Below, in pieces: positions 19,440-27,498 of a DNA stretch of 64,000 nucleotides. The notes beneath the pieces were generated by a model. The model saw only the letters and a program-made list of their open reading frames with translations. It was not told where the DNA came from and did no database searches. Location of the stretch: NCBI GenBank assembly GCA_963522115.1, contig CAUQWN010000001.1, positions 212,916 through 276,915 of the forward strand, in the 5' to 3' direction. Position 1 is the first letter of the stretch. Each line of letters starts with the position of its first letter. Made by a program: the position numbers and the translations under genes. Source of the stretch: an uncultured Candidatus Saccharimonas sp. (lineage in GTDB: Bacteria; Patescibacteriota; Saccharimonadia; Saccharimonadales; Saccharimonadaceae).

Positions 19440-19517
19440 GGCGGATGTAGCTCAGCTGGTTAGAGCGCTGGTTTGTGGCACCGGAGGCCGTGGGTTCGAA
19501 CCCCATCATTCGCCCCA
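19440..19517 (+). tRNA. tRNA-His(GUG) with encoded G-1
   Basis: G-GCGGATG...CTGGT-TT-GTG-GC-ACCGG...CATTCGC-C-CCA; G-1:C73 pair. Confidence 0.95.
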
Positions 19518-19612
19518 AGTGAATTTGAGCTTAGGGCTCTTTTTTATTTGACCAAAATTTAAAAGTGTGATATAGTATTATATAGATTTTTTTTGCCGAG
19601 GAGGTACATGAT

Positions 19613-20026
19613 ATGGCAAAGTTGAACCTTACAGAATTTAAATCAAAAAAGATGGATGAAGTTTTTCGAGATACTTTTGATTGTTTTAGGGCTCACCACT
19701 TAAGCTTTTGCAGTAGTCTTAATGATCAAAATGAGAATAATCTCTTAGAGGCGATTAAAAGTTCACTAATTCAGGCTGCCGAAGTTCTGCTTGAAGAGGA
19801 CTGTGGAGCGGAAAGTTCTGATGTTGATATTGAACTTCTAACAATTTTCGAAATTTCAAACGGTGAGAAGCCAACTGGAATTTCTTGCGTGAAGTTCAAT
19901 CTAAAATTTATCAATCTTCTTATTAAAAAACTTGAAGATAAATCAGTCTTTAATTTTAATGAAGCGCATTTTATTCTTAAAAATGCGATAAATTATCGCG
20001 AATTACACAAAGGATTCAACAATTGA
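19613..20026 (+). CDS. Hypothetical orphan protein
   Basis: 137-aa ORF with GAGGAGG SD, its own promoter (TTGACC-17-TATAGT) and a downstream terminator. Confidence 0.75.
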   Translation: MAKLNLTEFKSKKMDEVFRDTFDCFRAHHLSFCSSLNDQNENNLLEAIKSSLIQAAEVLLEEDCGAESSDVDIELLTIFEISNGEKPTGISCVKFNLKFINLLIKKLEDKSVFNFNEAHFILKNAINYRELHKGFNN

Positions 20027-20029
20027 ATA

Positions 20030-20054
20030 ACTCCCGATTTTCGGGAGTCTTTTT
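20030..20054. terminator. Intrinsic terminator
   Basis: ACTCCCGA-ttt-TCGGGAGT followed by a T-tract, between convergent genes. Confidence 0.75.
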
Positions 20055-20056
20055 AA

Positions 20057-21586
20057 TTATGAAAATAAAGTTTCAATTTTTGCGCCGAGTGAATTTAATC
20101 TTTCTGCAAAGTCCTCATAGCCGCGATTGATGTTGTAAACATCTCGCAAGGTTGAGACTCCTGGTGCGGCGAGCATCGCAATTAAAACTACAACACTTGG
20201 GCGAAGGGCACTTGGCGCAATAACATCTGCAGGTTTCCATTTTGTTGGGCCAGAAATGTAAACACGATGTGGGTCAACAAGTTCAATTTTAGCGTTTAAT
20301 TTTGAAAGCTCAGTGAAGTAAATTGCACGGTTTTCGTAGCTCCAGTCATGAATCAAGGTTCGACCTTCTGCGACAGTTGCAATTAATCCAAGAAAAGGTA
20401 AATTGTCCATATTTATACCAGGAAATGGTAGTGCGTGAATTTTATCTTTCGCAGCATGTAGTTTTGATTTTTTAACTTTAATATCCACAAGGCGCGTTTT
20501 TTTATTTTTCGAAAGATATTCGGGGCTGATTTCGAAATTTGCACCCATTTGTTCGAGGGTTGCGAGTTCAAGTTCGTTAAATTCGATTGGCGCACGTTTG
20601 ATAGTGATTTCAGAATTTGTAACCAGCGCAACCGCCACGAAAGTTAAAGATTCAATAGGGTCTTCGCTTACATAATATTCAACATCTTTCTCAATTTTTG
20701 TTAATCCATGAACTTTTAGGGTTGTTGTCCCAATTCCTTCAATTTTAATGCCAAGCTCTTCAAGAAAGAAGCATAAATCTTGCACCATATAGTTTGGGCT
20801 AGCGTTTCGAATCGTAATTTCTTGACCAGAAAGCGCTGCGGCCATAATTATATTTTCGGTTGTTGTATCTCCGCGCTCGGTCAAAAGTATTGGCTTCTCA
20901 ACTTTTTTTGGTTTGTTCGAAACTTTGTAAAAATCAGTTTGTGCTGTAACATTTGCACCAAAATACTTTAATCCAGAAAGGTGAGGTTCAACTGTGCGTG
21001 TTCCTAAATTGCACCCACCAGAAAAAGGTATTTCGAAGTCTGAATATTGGTGAAGAAGTGGACCAAGAAACATTAGAATACTGCGTGTTCTTTTAGCAGA
21101 TTCAATATTCATATTTTCGAAAGATAATTCTTTAGGAGGTGTAATTTCAAGATCGTTTTCATCATTTAGCCATTTAGTTTTTACGCCAATCGAATTTAAA
21201 ACTTCAATAATTCGATTAACTTCTTCAATTCGAGCAACGCGGCGAAGAATCGTTTTTCCTTTATTTAAAAGGGAAGCGCAAAGTAGGGCAACGGCGGCAT
21301 TTTTTGATGTTTTAACTTCAATTTCACCAGAAAGTTCGCGTCCGCCATGAACACGAAAATTGGTTTTCTTATTTGAATTAACAGATATAATTTCGCTCGA
21401 AAGTTCTTCTGAAATTCTTGCAAGCATTTCAATAGTTATATTTTGCTTACCACTTTCAATTCGGTTAATTGCACTTTGTGAGGTGCCAATTTTTTCGGCA
21501 AGCTCAACTTGAGTTAAATTCTTGTGCAGGCGGGATTCTTGAATAAGCTTCCCGATTTTTTCTAAATAGGCTTGTTCTTCGTTCAT
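20057..21586 (-). CDS. murA: UDP-N-acetylglucosamine 1-carboxyvinyltransferase fused to an N-terminal XRE (HTH_3) domain
   Basis: Residues ~10-65 (LTQVELAEKIGTSQSAINRIESG) form an XRE HTH; followed by SKNAAV, GGCNLGTR (catalytic Cys retained), TENIIMAA, YENR, INRGYE. Confidence 0.93.
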   Translation of the reverse strand: MNEEQAYLEKIGKLIQESRLHKNLTQVELAEKIGTSQSAINRIESGKQNITIEMLARISEELSSEIISVNSNKKTNFRVHGGRELSGEIEVKTSKNAAVALLCASLLNKGKTILRRVARIEEVNRIIEVLNSIGVKTKWLNDENDLEITPPKELSFENMNIESAKRTRSILMFLGPLLHQYSDFEIPFSGGCNLGTRTVEPHLSGLKYFGANVTAQTDFYKVSNKPKKVEKPILLTERGDTTTENIIMAAALSGQEITIRNASPNYMVQDLCFFLEELGIKIEGIGTTTLKVHGLTKIEKDVEYYVSEDPIESLTFVAVALVTNSEITIKRAPIEFNELELATLEQMGANFEISPEYLSKNKKTRLVDIKVKKSKLHAAKDKIHALPFPGINMDNLPFLGLIATVAEGRTLIHDWSYENRAIYFTELSKLNAKIELVDPHRVYISGPTKWKPADVIAPSALRPSVVVLIAMLAAPGVSTLRDVYNINRGYEDFAERLNSLGAKIETLFS

Positions 21587-21734
21587 AAAATAATTATATC
21601 ACTTATGGTATAATAAAAACAAGTTTTCTAAGATTTTTTTATTTTTTAAAAATATGATATACTTAAAAATATGATATAGCGACGGTTTTTATATTTTTAG
21701 TTTCGAAAAGTTTAATTTTTAAGGAGAGTTTTTT

Positions 21735-23006
21735 ATGTTTGATGAAAAGATTTTTGACGTAATTGAAAATGAGGAAAATCGTCAGCGGGAAGGCTTGGAG
21801 TTAATTCCGAGCGAGAATTATGTTTCGAGAGAAGTGTTGGCAGCGCTTGGCTCAGTTTTAACAAATAAGTATTCTGAAGGATATCCTGGTAAAAGATATT
21901 ATGGTGGTCAGGAAAATACTGATACCATTGAAAGTTTAGCGATCGAACGCGCAAAACAGCTTTTTAATTGTGATCATGCTAATGTCCAACCACATAGTGG
22001 TGCAAATGCTAATGAGGCGGTTTATAATGCTTGGTTAGAAGTTGGCGATACGGTTTTGGGTATGGATTTATCTCAAGGCGGTCATTTAACGCACGGCTCA
22101 CCAGTAACGCGTAGTGGCAAGATTTATAATTTTGTGCGATATGGTTTGGATGAAAATGGTGAAATTAATTATAAGCAAATTGAAGAATTAGCTGAAAAAT
22201 ATAAGCCAAAAATTATTCTTGTGGGATTTTCTGCCTATCCTGGTGAAATTGATTATGCTAAAATTGCTGAAATTGGCAAAAAATATGGAGCAATGTTAAT
22301 GGCGGATGTAGCACATATTGCTGGATTGATTGCTGGAGGTGTTTCGAAAAACCCATTTGATTACGGTTTTCATGTCGTGACAACTACAACACATAAAACC
22401 CTCCGTGGCCCTCGTGGTGGAATGATTATTTCGAATGGAAAAGTGGGTAATCCGCTCAAAAAACCAGAAAAAACTCTTGAAAATTTACCAACTTTAATTG
22501 ATCGCAGTGTTTTTCCGGGAACTCAAGGTGGACCACAAATGCACTCAATTGCAGCAAAAGCGGTTTCTTTTTATGAAGCACTTCAGCCCGAATTTAAAAT
22601 TTATGCTCAACAGGTAGTGAAGAATGCTCAATTTTTGGCCGAAGAGCTTTCGAAAAGAGGTTTCAAACTCGTGACTGGAGGTACAAAAAATCATTTAATT
22701 CTAGTCGATATTTATGCAAGTTTTGGAATTGACGGGAAAACTGCCGAACGCGCGATGGATGCAATTGGCCTAACTTTAAACGCTAATTCGATTCCTAATG
22801 ATACTTTGTCTATGTTCGCGCCAAGCGGAATCCGACTCGGAACACCAGCAGTCACTTCTCGTGGAATGAAGGAGGCTGAGATGGCGAAAATTGCTGAATG
22901 GATGGAGCTTGCGATTAAACACCGTGAAGACTCTAAAAAACTTGCCGAAATTAAAAAAGAAGTTGCAGATTTTGCTAGAAATTTTCCGCTACCGAGCGAT
23001 TTATAG
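21735..23006 (+). CDS. glyA: Serine hydroxymethyltransferase
   Basis: LIPSENY, NKYSEGYPGKRYYGG, GGHLTHG, TTTTHKTLRGPRGG. Confidence 0.97.
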   Translation: MFDEKIFDVIENEENRQREGLELIPSENYVSREVLAALGSVLTNKYSEGYPGKRYYGGQENTDTIESLAIERAKQLFNCDHANVQPHSGANANEAVYNAWLEVGDTVLGMDLSQGGHLTHGSPVTRSGKIYNFVRYGLDENGEINYKQIEELAEKYKPKIILVGFSAYPGEIDYAKIAEIGKKYGAMLMADVAHIAGLIAGGVSKNPFDYGFHVVTTTTHKTLRGPRGGMIISNGKVGNPLKKPEKTLENLPTLIDRSVFPGTQGGPQMHSIAAKAVSFYEALQPEFKIYAQQVVKNAQFLAEELSKRGFKLVTGGTKNHLILVDIYASFGIDGKTAERAMDAIGLTLNANSIPNDTLSMFAPSGIRLGTPAVTSRGMKEAEMAKIAEWMELAIKHREDSKKLAEIKKEVADFARNFPLPSDL

Positions 23007-23057
23007 ATAATTTTTAATATTTCGAAAAGTTAAAAGCTATGATATAATAGACTTATC

Positions 23058-24650
23058 ATGGGTATGGTTTTTTCGAGATTTAAAAAGTACCGCTCTAAAA
23101 TTGCTTTTCTGGGAATTATTTCAGGATTTTTAACCCTTGTTTTTTTAACGATTTCGAAAGCCTCAATCTGGTTTGATGAGGCTTTTTCGGCTTATATAAT
23201 TCGTTTCAATTTTGCTGAAATTTGGCATTACACATCTGTTGATGTTCATCCGCCGCTTTACTATTTCTTATTGAAGATTTGGAGTGTATTTTTCGCCTCG
23301 AGCGACTTTGCATTGAGGAGTTTATCTGCATTTTTTGGTGTTTTAACCATAATTTTGGCATATTTTTTGGTAAAAAGACTTTATAATAAGAAAATTGCAC
23401 TATTAGCGAGCAGTTTTCTTGCGATTTCGCCAATGTTAATTAGATATTCGCAGGAAGCCAGAATGTATACAATGGTAGCATTTTTGAGTGTTTTAACGGT
23501 GAGGGCCTTTTATGAAGCTTGGGTTGCTGAAAATGCGATTAAAAATAAGAAAAAATGGCGAATAATTTATATTATTGCTGTCTGCTCTGGAATTTGGACA
23601 CAGTATCTCTATGCTTTGATTCCAATTTCATTATGGATTTTTAGAGCAGTTTATATTTTGAAGAATCAAGAAAAAAACAATAGGTTTAATCTTTTTAGTT
23701 ATTTAAAATTTCAAAAGCAGAAGAATAACATAAAACAGTTTTTTAGTAATTTTTTTGCTGAAAAATGGCTTTCTTCACATTTAATTGTTGCATTTTTATA
23801 TATTCCTTGGATTCCATTTTTCATTTCGCAAGCTACTTATGTCAAAGCTAAGTTTTGGATTCCTGCACTTGATTTTACAACAATACCAAATATGATATCG
23901 AATTTCTTTTTTTATCTTGATGCTGGCAAAACTAACGGTTGGCTATCTTTGATAGCTATGGTTATTCTTCTGATTATTGCAATTTTTGCATTCGAAAAGT
24001 GGAGGAGTGAAAAAAATAATAGTATTTTTTGGATGATTTTTTCAATCTCAGTGATTCCTATATTTTTGCTTTATATCGCAAGTTTACCGCCATTTAGTTC
24101 AATTTTTGTTGATAGATATTTACTTATGGCTGAAGTTTTTGTATCAATTTTAATGGCAATTATTGCGGTTAAACTTTTCGAAAATAAAAAGAGTGTTTCA
24201 ATTTTATTGATTATTTTGATTATTTTCTCACATATTTTTGGAATTTTTCAGCTTAATTTGCAAAAGGGTATTTCTAAAAATGGTGGAGAAATTACTGAAA
24301 TTCGGCAAGCGATTGAAAAGGTTCGAAATGAAAAAAATAATGCAGCAATTGTTGTTGGCGGATTTTTATATTATTCGGCAGCACAATATTCCAATAATGA
24401 AAGTAAAATTTGGTTTTATGGCGAGCCCCCAATTTATCGTTCTGGTGATATGATTCGAGCTGATTACACACCAAAGATTGAGCATGATAGTAGTTTCTTG
24501 AAGAATAAAGAGTTTTTTATAATTTCCCCATATAACAGTGCTGATAAAAAATCGCCAATTTCTGGTTATAATTTTTCAGAGGAAATGGATTATAATAACT
24601 CATTAAACAGTGATCCTTTATACAAAATTTTAAAATTTATTAAAAAATAG
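23058..24650 (+). CDS. GT-C fold glycosyltransferase (family 39/PMT-like)
   Basis: Polytopic membrane protein with SIWFDEAFS, DVHPPLYY, YSQEARMY, DRY. Confidence 0.85.
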   Translation: MGMVFSRFKKYRSKIAFLGIISGFLTLVFLTISKASIWFDEAFSAYIIRFNFAEIWHYTSVDVHPPLYYFLLKIWSVFFASSDFALRSLSAFFGVLTIILAYFLVKRLYNKKIALLASSFLAISPMLIRYSQEARMYTMVAFLSVLTVRAFYEAWVAENAIKNKKKWRIIYIIAVCSGIWTQYLYALIPISLWIFRAVYILKNQEKNNRFNLFSYLKFQKQKNNIKQFFSNFFAEKWLSSHLIVAFLYIPWIPFFISQATYVKAKFWIPALDFTTIPNMISNFFFYLDAGKTNGWLSLIAMVILLIIAIFAFEKWRSEKNNSIFWMIFSISVIPIFLLYIASLPPFSSIFVDRYLLMAEVFVSILMAIIAVKLFENKKSVSILLIILIIFSHIFGIFQLNLQKGISKNGGEITEIRQAIEKVRNEKNNAAIVVGGFLYYSAAQYSNNESKIWFYGEPPIYRSGDMIRADYTPKIEHDSSFLKNKEFFIISPYNSADKKSPISGYNFSEEMDYNNSLNSDPLYKILKFIKK

Positions 24651-24692
24651 TCTTCACAAAATAAAAAAAGTGTGGTATAATTTATTTATTAA

Positions 24693-24769
24693 GCACCCGT
24701 AGCTCAACTGGATAGAGTACCTGGCTTCGAACCAGGCGGTTGTAGGTTCAAATCCTGCCGGGTGTACCA
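24693..24769 (+). tRNA. tRNA-Arg(UCG)
   Basis: GCACCCG...CCTGG-CT-TCG-AA-CCAGG...GGTTCAAATCC...CGGGTGT-A-CCA. Confidence 0.95.
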
Positions 24770-24822
24770 CAGTTTTTCTCGCTTTTGGCGAGTTTTTATT
24801 TTTTATGATATAATTGATTTAT

Positions 24823-25869
24823 ATGAGGGAAATAATTTTTGAAAATCTAAAAATTCAGCAAGATATTGATTTTGGTAAACTTACTACTATGAAAATTAGT
24901 GGAAAAGCTCATTTTTTTACAGTAGTAAAAAATATCGAAGATTTTAAGAATGCGATTAAGTTTTCAGAAAAAAATAATTTGCCGATTTTTATTCTTGGCG
25001 GCGGAAGTAACACGATTGTAAAGAATCAAAACTTTGCAGGAATAGTTATAAAAAATGAAATTAAAGGTTTTGAAAAGGTTTTCGAAAATAATGAAAGTAT
25101 TGAATTTTGTATAAAATCTGGTGAAAATTGGCATAATTTTGTTAACTTTGCGGTTTCGAAAGGATTTAGCGGCTGTGAAGCAATGGCGATGATTCCTGGA
25201 ACAGTTGGAGCTCTACCAATCCAGAATGTTGGTGCATATGGTCAGGAAATTGCTGATATTTTGAAAAGTGTCGAAGTTTTTGAAATCTTAACTGGTAAAA
25301 TCAAAACTTTATTAAAAGGTGAATGTGAATTCGCTTACCGTGATAGTATTTTTAAGAATGATGCTAAAGGGAAATATTTTATCGTTTCGGTAAATTTGAA
25401 GCTTTCAAAATCTAAACCAGAAATGCCTGAATACAAGGTTTTAAAGGAGAAACTTGAAAATATTGGCAAAAATAAAGAAAATCTAACAGCGAAAGATGTA
25501 ATGAACGCGGTGGTTGAAATTCGTTCAAAAAAATTGCCAGACCCAGAGGAAATTCCAAATTCTGGGAGTTTTTTCAAGAATGTGATAATTTCGAAAGAGA
25601 AAGCCGCAGAGATTCGCAAAAAATATCAAAATGTACCACTCTTTGAAGTGGGCGAAAAATATAAAATTGCAACTGGCTGGCTTATTGAGCAGGCGGGATT
25701 GAAGGGAAGAGAATTTTTTGGAATAAAAGTTCATCCAGAGAATGCTTTAGTTTTAACAAATATTTCAGCTAAAAACTATGATGAGCTGGCTAAAGCAAGA
25801 AAAATGATTCAGGATAGGGTTTTTGAAAAATTTGGTTTAAAAATTGAACAAGAACCGCTGGAGATTTAA
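24823..25869 (+). CDS. murB: UDP-N-acetylmuramate dehydrogenase
   Basis: LGGGSN, IPGTVGALPIQNVGAYG, FAYRDSIFK, NSGSFFKN, EQEP. ATG at 24823 chosen. Confidence 0.95.
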   Translation: MREIIFENLKIQQDIDFGKLTTMKISGKAHFFTVVKNIEDFKNAIKFSEKNNLPIFILGGGSNTIVKNQNFAGIVIKNEIKGFEKVFENNESIEFCIKSGENWHNFVNFAVSKGFSGCEAMAMIPGTVGALPIQNVGAYGQEIADILKSVEVFEILTGKIKTLLKGECEFAYRDSIFKNDAKGKYFIVSVNLKLSKSKPEMPEYKVLKEKLENIGKNKENLTAKDVMNAVVEIRSKKLPDPEEIPNSGSFFKNVIISKEKAAEIRKKYQNVPLFEVGEKYKIATGWLIEQAGLKGREFFGIKVHPENALVLTNISAKNYDELAKARKMIQDRVFEKFGLKIEQEPLEI

Positions 25870-25876
25870 TAAAAAT

Positions 25877-25909
25877 TAAAACGACATTCTTGATTCGAAT
25901 GTCGTTTTA
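25877..25909. terminator. Bidirectional intrinsic terminator
   Basis: TAAAACGACATTC-ttgattc-GAATGTCGTTTTA. Confidence 0.75.
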
Positions 25910-25927
25910 AGATTTAAAAAGAATTAA

Positions 25928-26473
25928 TTATTCTTCTGTTTTTTCTTCTTTAGCTTCAGGAGCTTTTTCTTCTTCTGCTTCTTCTTCTACAATTTTATAA
26001 CCAAGGATAGTTCCTTTTGCAAGGCTTTCTTTACCGGCTATATCATTCCAGCGAGAACTATCTAGACCAAGAATTAAGAACCAAATAGGGGCTGCAAATA
26101 TGAAAAGAAGAGACCAGGCAGGTGATTTATCTAGTTTTTTACTAATCTCAATAACTGCAAGAATTTCGAAAACGAGTGAGATTATGAGTCCGACATAAGG
26201 GATGAATGTTAGAAGAGATTTCCAGCCTTCTTGCCCGCCGAGTTCAAAGAATATCCAGCGGTTATAAAAAGGGATCCAGGCTTTTTTAGCGTCGATTCCA
26301 GCTTTTTTAAAAATTAGCATATAGAGAAGAGAGCTAATAACATATCCTATAATTGCAACAACTAGTACAAAAACCAATAAAAATACGATAGACATTCCGG
26401 CAATAGCGTAATCATCTGTGCCATGGCTGTAATTCCTATACCCATATGTATGGTAACTATTATAATTATACAT
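25928..26473 (-). CDS. Membrane protein (DUF5684-like)
   Basis: Three TM helices, IFKKAG..AWIPFYN motif, acidic tail. Confidence 0.75.
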   Translation of the reverse strand: MYNYNSYHTYGYRNYSHGTDDYAIAGMSIVFLLVFVLVVAIIGYVISSLLYMLIFKKAGIDAKKAWIPFYNRWIFFELGGQEGWKSLLTFIPYVGLIISLVFEILAVIEISKKLDKSPAWSLLFIFAAPIWFLILGLDSSRWNDIAGKESLAKGTILGYKIVEEEAEEEKAPEAKEEKTEE

Positions 26474-26570
26474 TCAAAATCCTTTCTTTGATTAACTTCT
26501 GTAATGATTACATGTTAAATTATATATTAAAAAATTGAATTTTTCAAGGTTTTTGCTTATAATAAGACTT

Positions 26571-27422
26571 ATGAGAATTTTAAATGGTGCAGAACTCCGT
26601 GATTTTATTAAGGAACGTCAAGCTAAGCAAGTGCGGGCTTTGCGGCAAAGTTGGCGAGTTTTTCCAAAATTAGTAATTTTTTACTCTTCGAAAAATCCTG
26701 TAACTGAAACTTATATGCGGCTTAAAGAAAAATATGGTGAAGATATTCTAATTGAGGTTGAGCGGCGAAAAGTTGCTGTTGAATTCATGAAAAAAGAAAT
26801 CCAAAAAGCAAATCTTGATGAAAGTATTCATGGAATTATTGTTCAACTTCCACTTGAAGATGAAAATGGCGAGAAGATTTCGAAAGAGGAAACTGAGCAA
26901 ATTTTATCGAAAATATCTAAAGAAAAAGATGTTGACGGTTTGAACGGTGGTGTTTTTGTGCCAGCTACAGCTCAGGCGATAAATTGGCTTTTGGCAGGGT
27001 ATAATATTTCGTTAGAGAATAAAAAAGTTGCTATTGTTGGTCAAGGCAAACTGGTAGGCGCACCACTTTCGAAAATGTTTGAGTCTTCCGGTGTGCCAGT
27101 TTCGAAATTTGATGAATTCAATTCTAAAGAAATGAGAGAGCAGCTTAAAGATTTTGATGTGGTAATTACAGCTGTTGGAAAGCCAAATTTAATAACTTCA
27201 GAAATGTTAAAAAATAAAGCTGTGGTTGTTGATGCCGGAACGGCAAGCGAAAATGGCAAAATTAAAGGCGATGTAACTGAAGAAGTTCGTAACTTTCGAA
27301 AAGACTTAACAATCACCCCGGTGAAGGGTGGTGTTGGTCCGCTTACGGTGGCTTCATTAATTGATAATGTAATTATAGCAGCGAGAAAAATTGCTGATAA
27401 AAAGGGCCAGCAAGATTTATAA
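26571..27422 (+). CDS. folD: Methylenetetrahydrofolate dehydrogenase/cyclohydrolase
   Basis: GIIVQLPL, KDVDGL, PAT, VVDAG, TPVKGGVGPLTV. ATG at 26571. Confidence 0.93.
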   Translation: MRILNGAELRDFIKERQAKQVRALRQSWRVFPKLVIFYSSKNPVTETYMRLKEKYGEDILIEVERRKVAVEFMKKEIQKANLDESIHGIIVQLPLEDENGEKISKEETEQILSKISKEKDVDGLNGGVFVPATAQAINWLLAGYNISLENKKVAIVGQGKLVGAPLSKMFESSGVPVSKFDEFNSKEMREQLKDFDVVITAVGKPNLITSEMLKNKAVVVDAGTASENGKIKGDVTEEVRNFRKDLTITPVKGGVGPLTVASLIDNVIIAARKIADKKGQQDL

Positions 27423-27498
27423 AAATAAAATAGACCTCCAAGTGGAAGTCTATTTTTTTAGATTTGAAGCTTGATCGCTCCATTGAGAAGCGGTCAGC

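Noticed and set aside
17931..20054. tRNA-targeted genomic island
   Set aside because: No duplicated tRNA 3' end (att site) or integrase found near the tRNA genes.
21615..21734. ZTP or THF riboswitch upstream of glyA
   Set aside because: The leader is short and AT-rich with no recognisable aptamer consensus.
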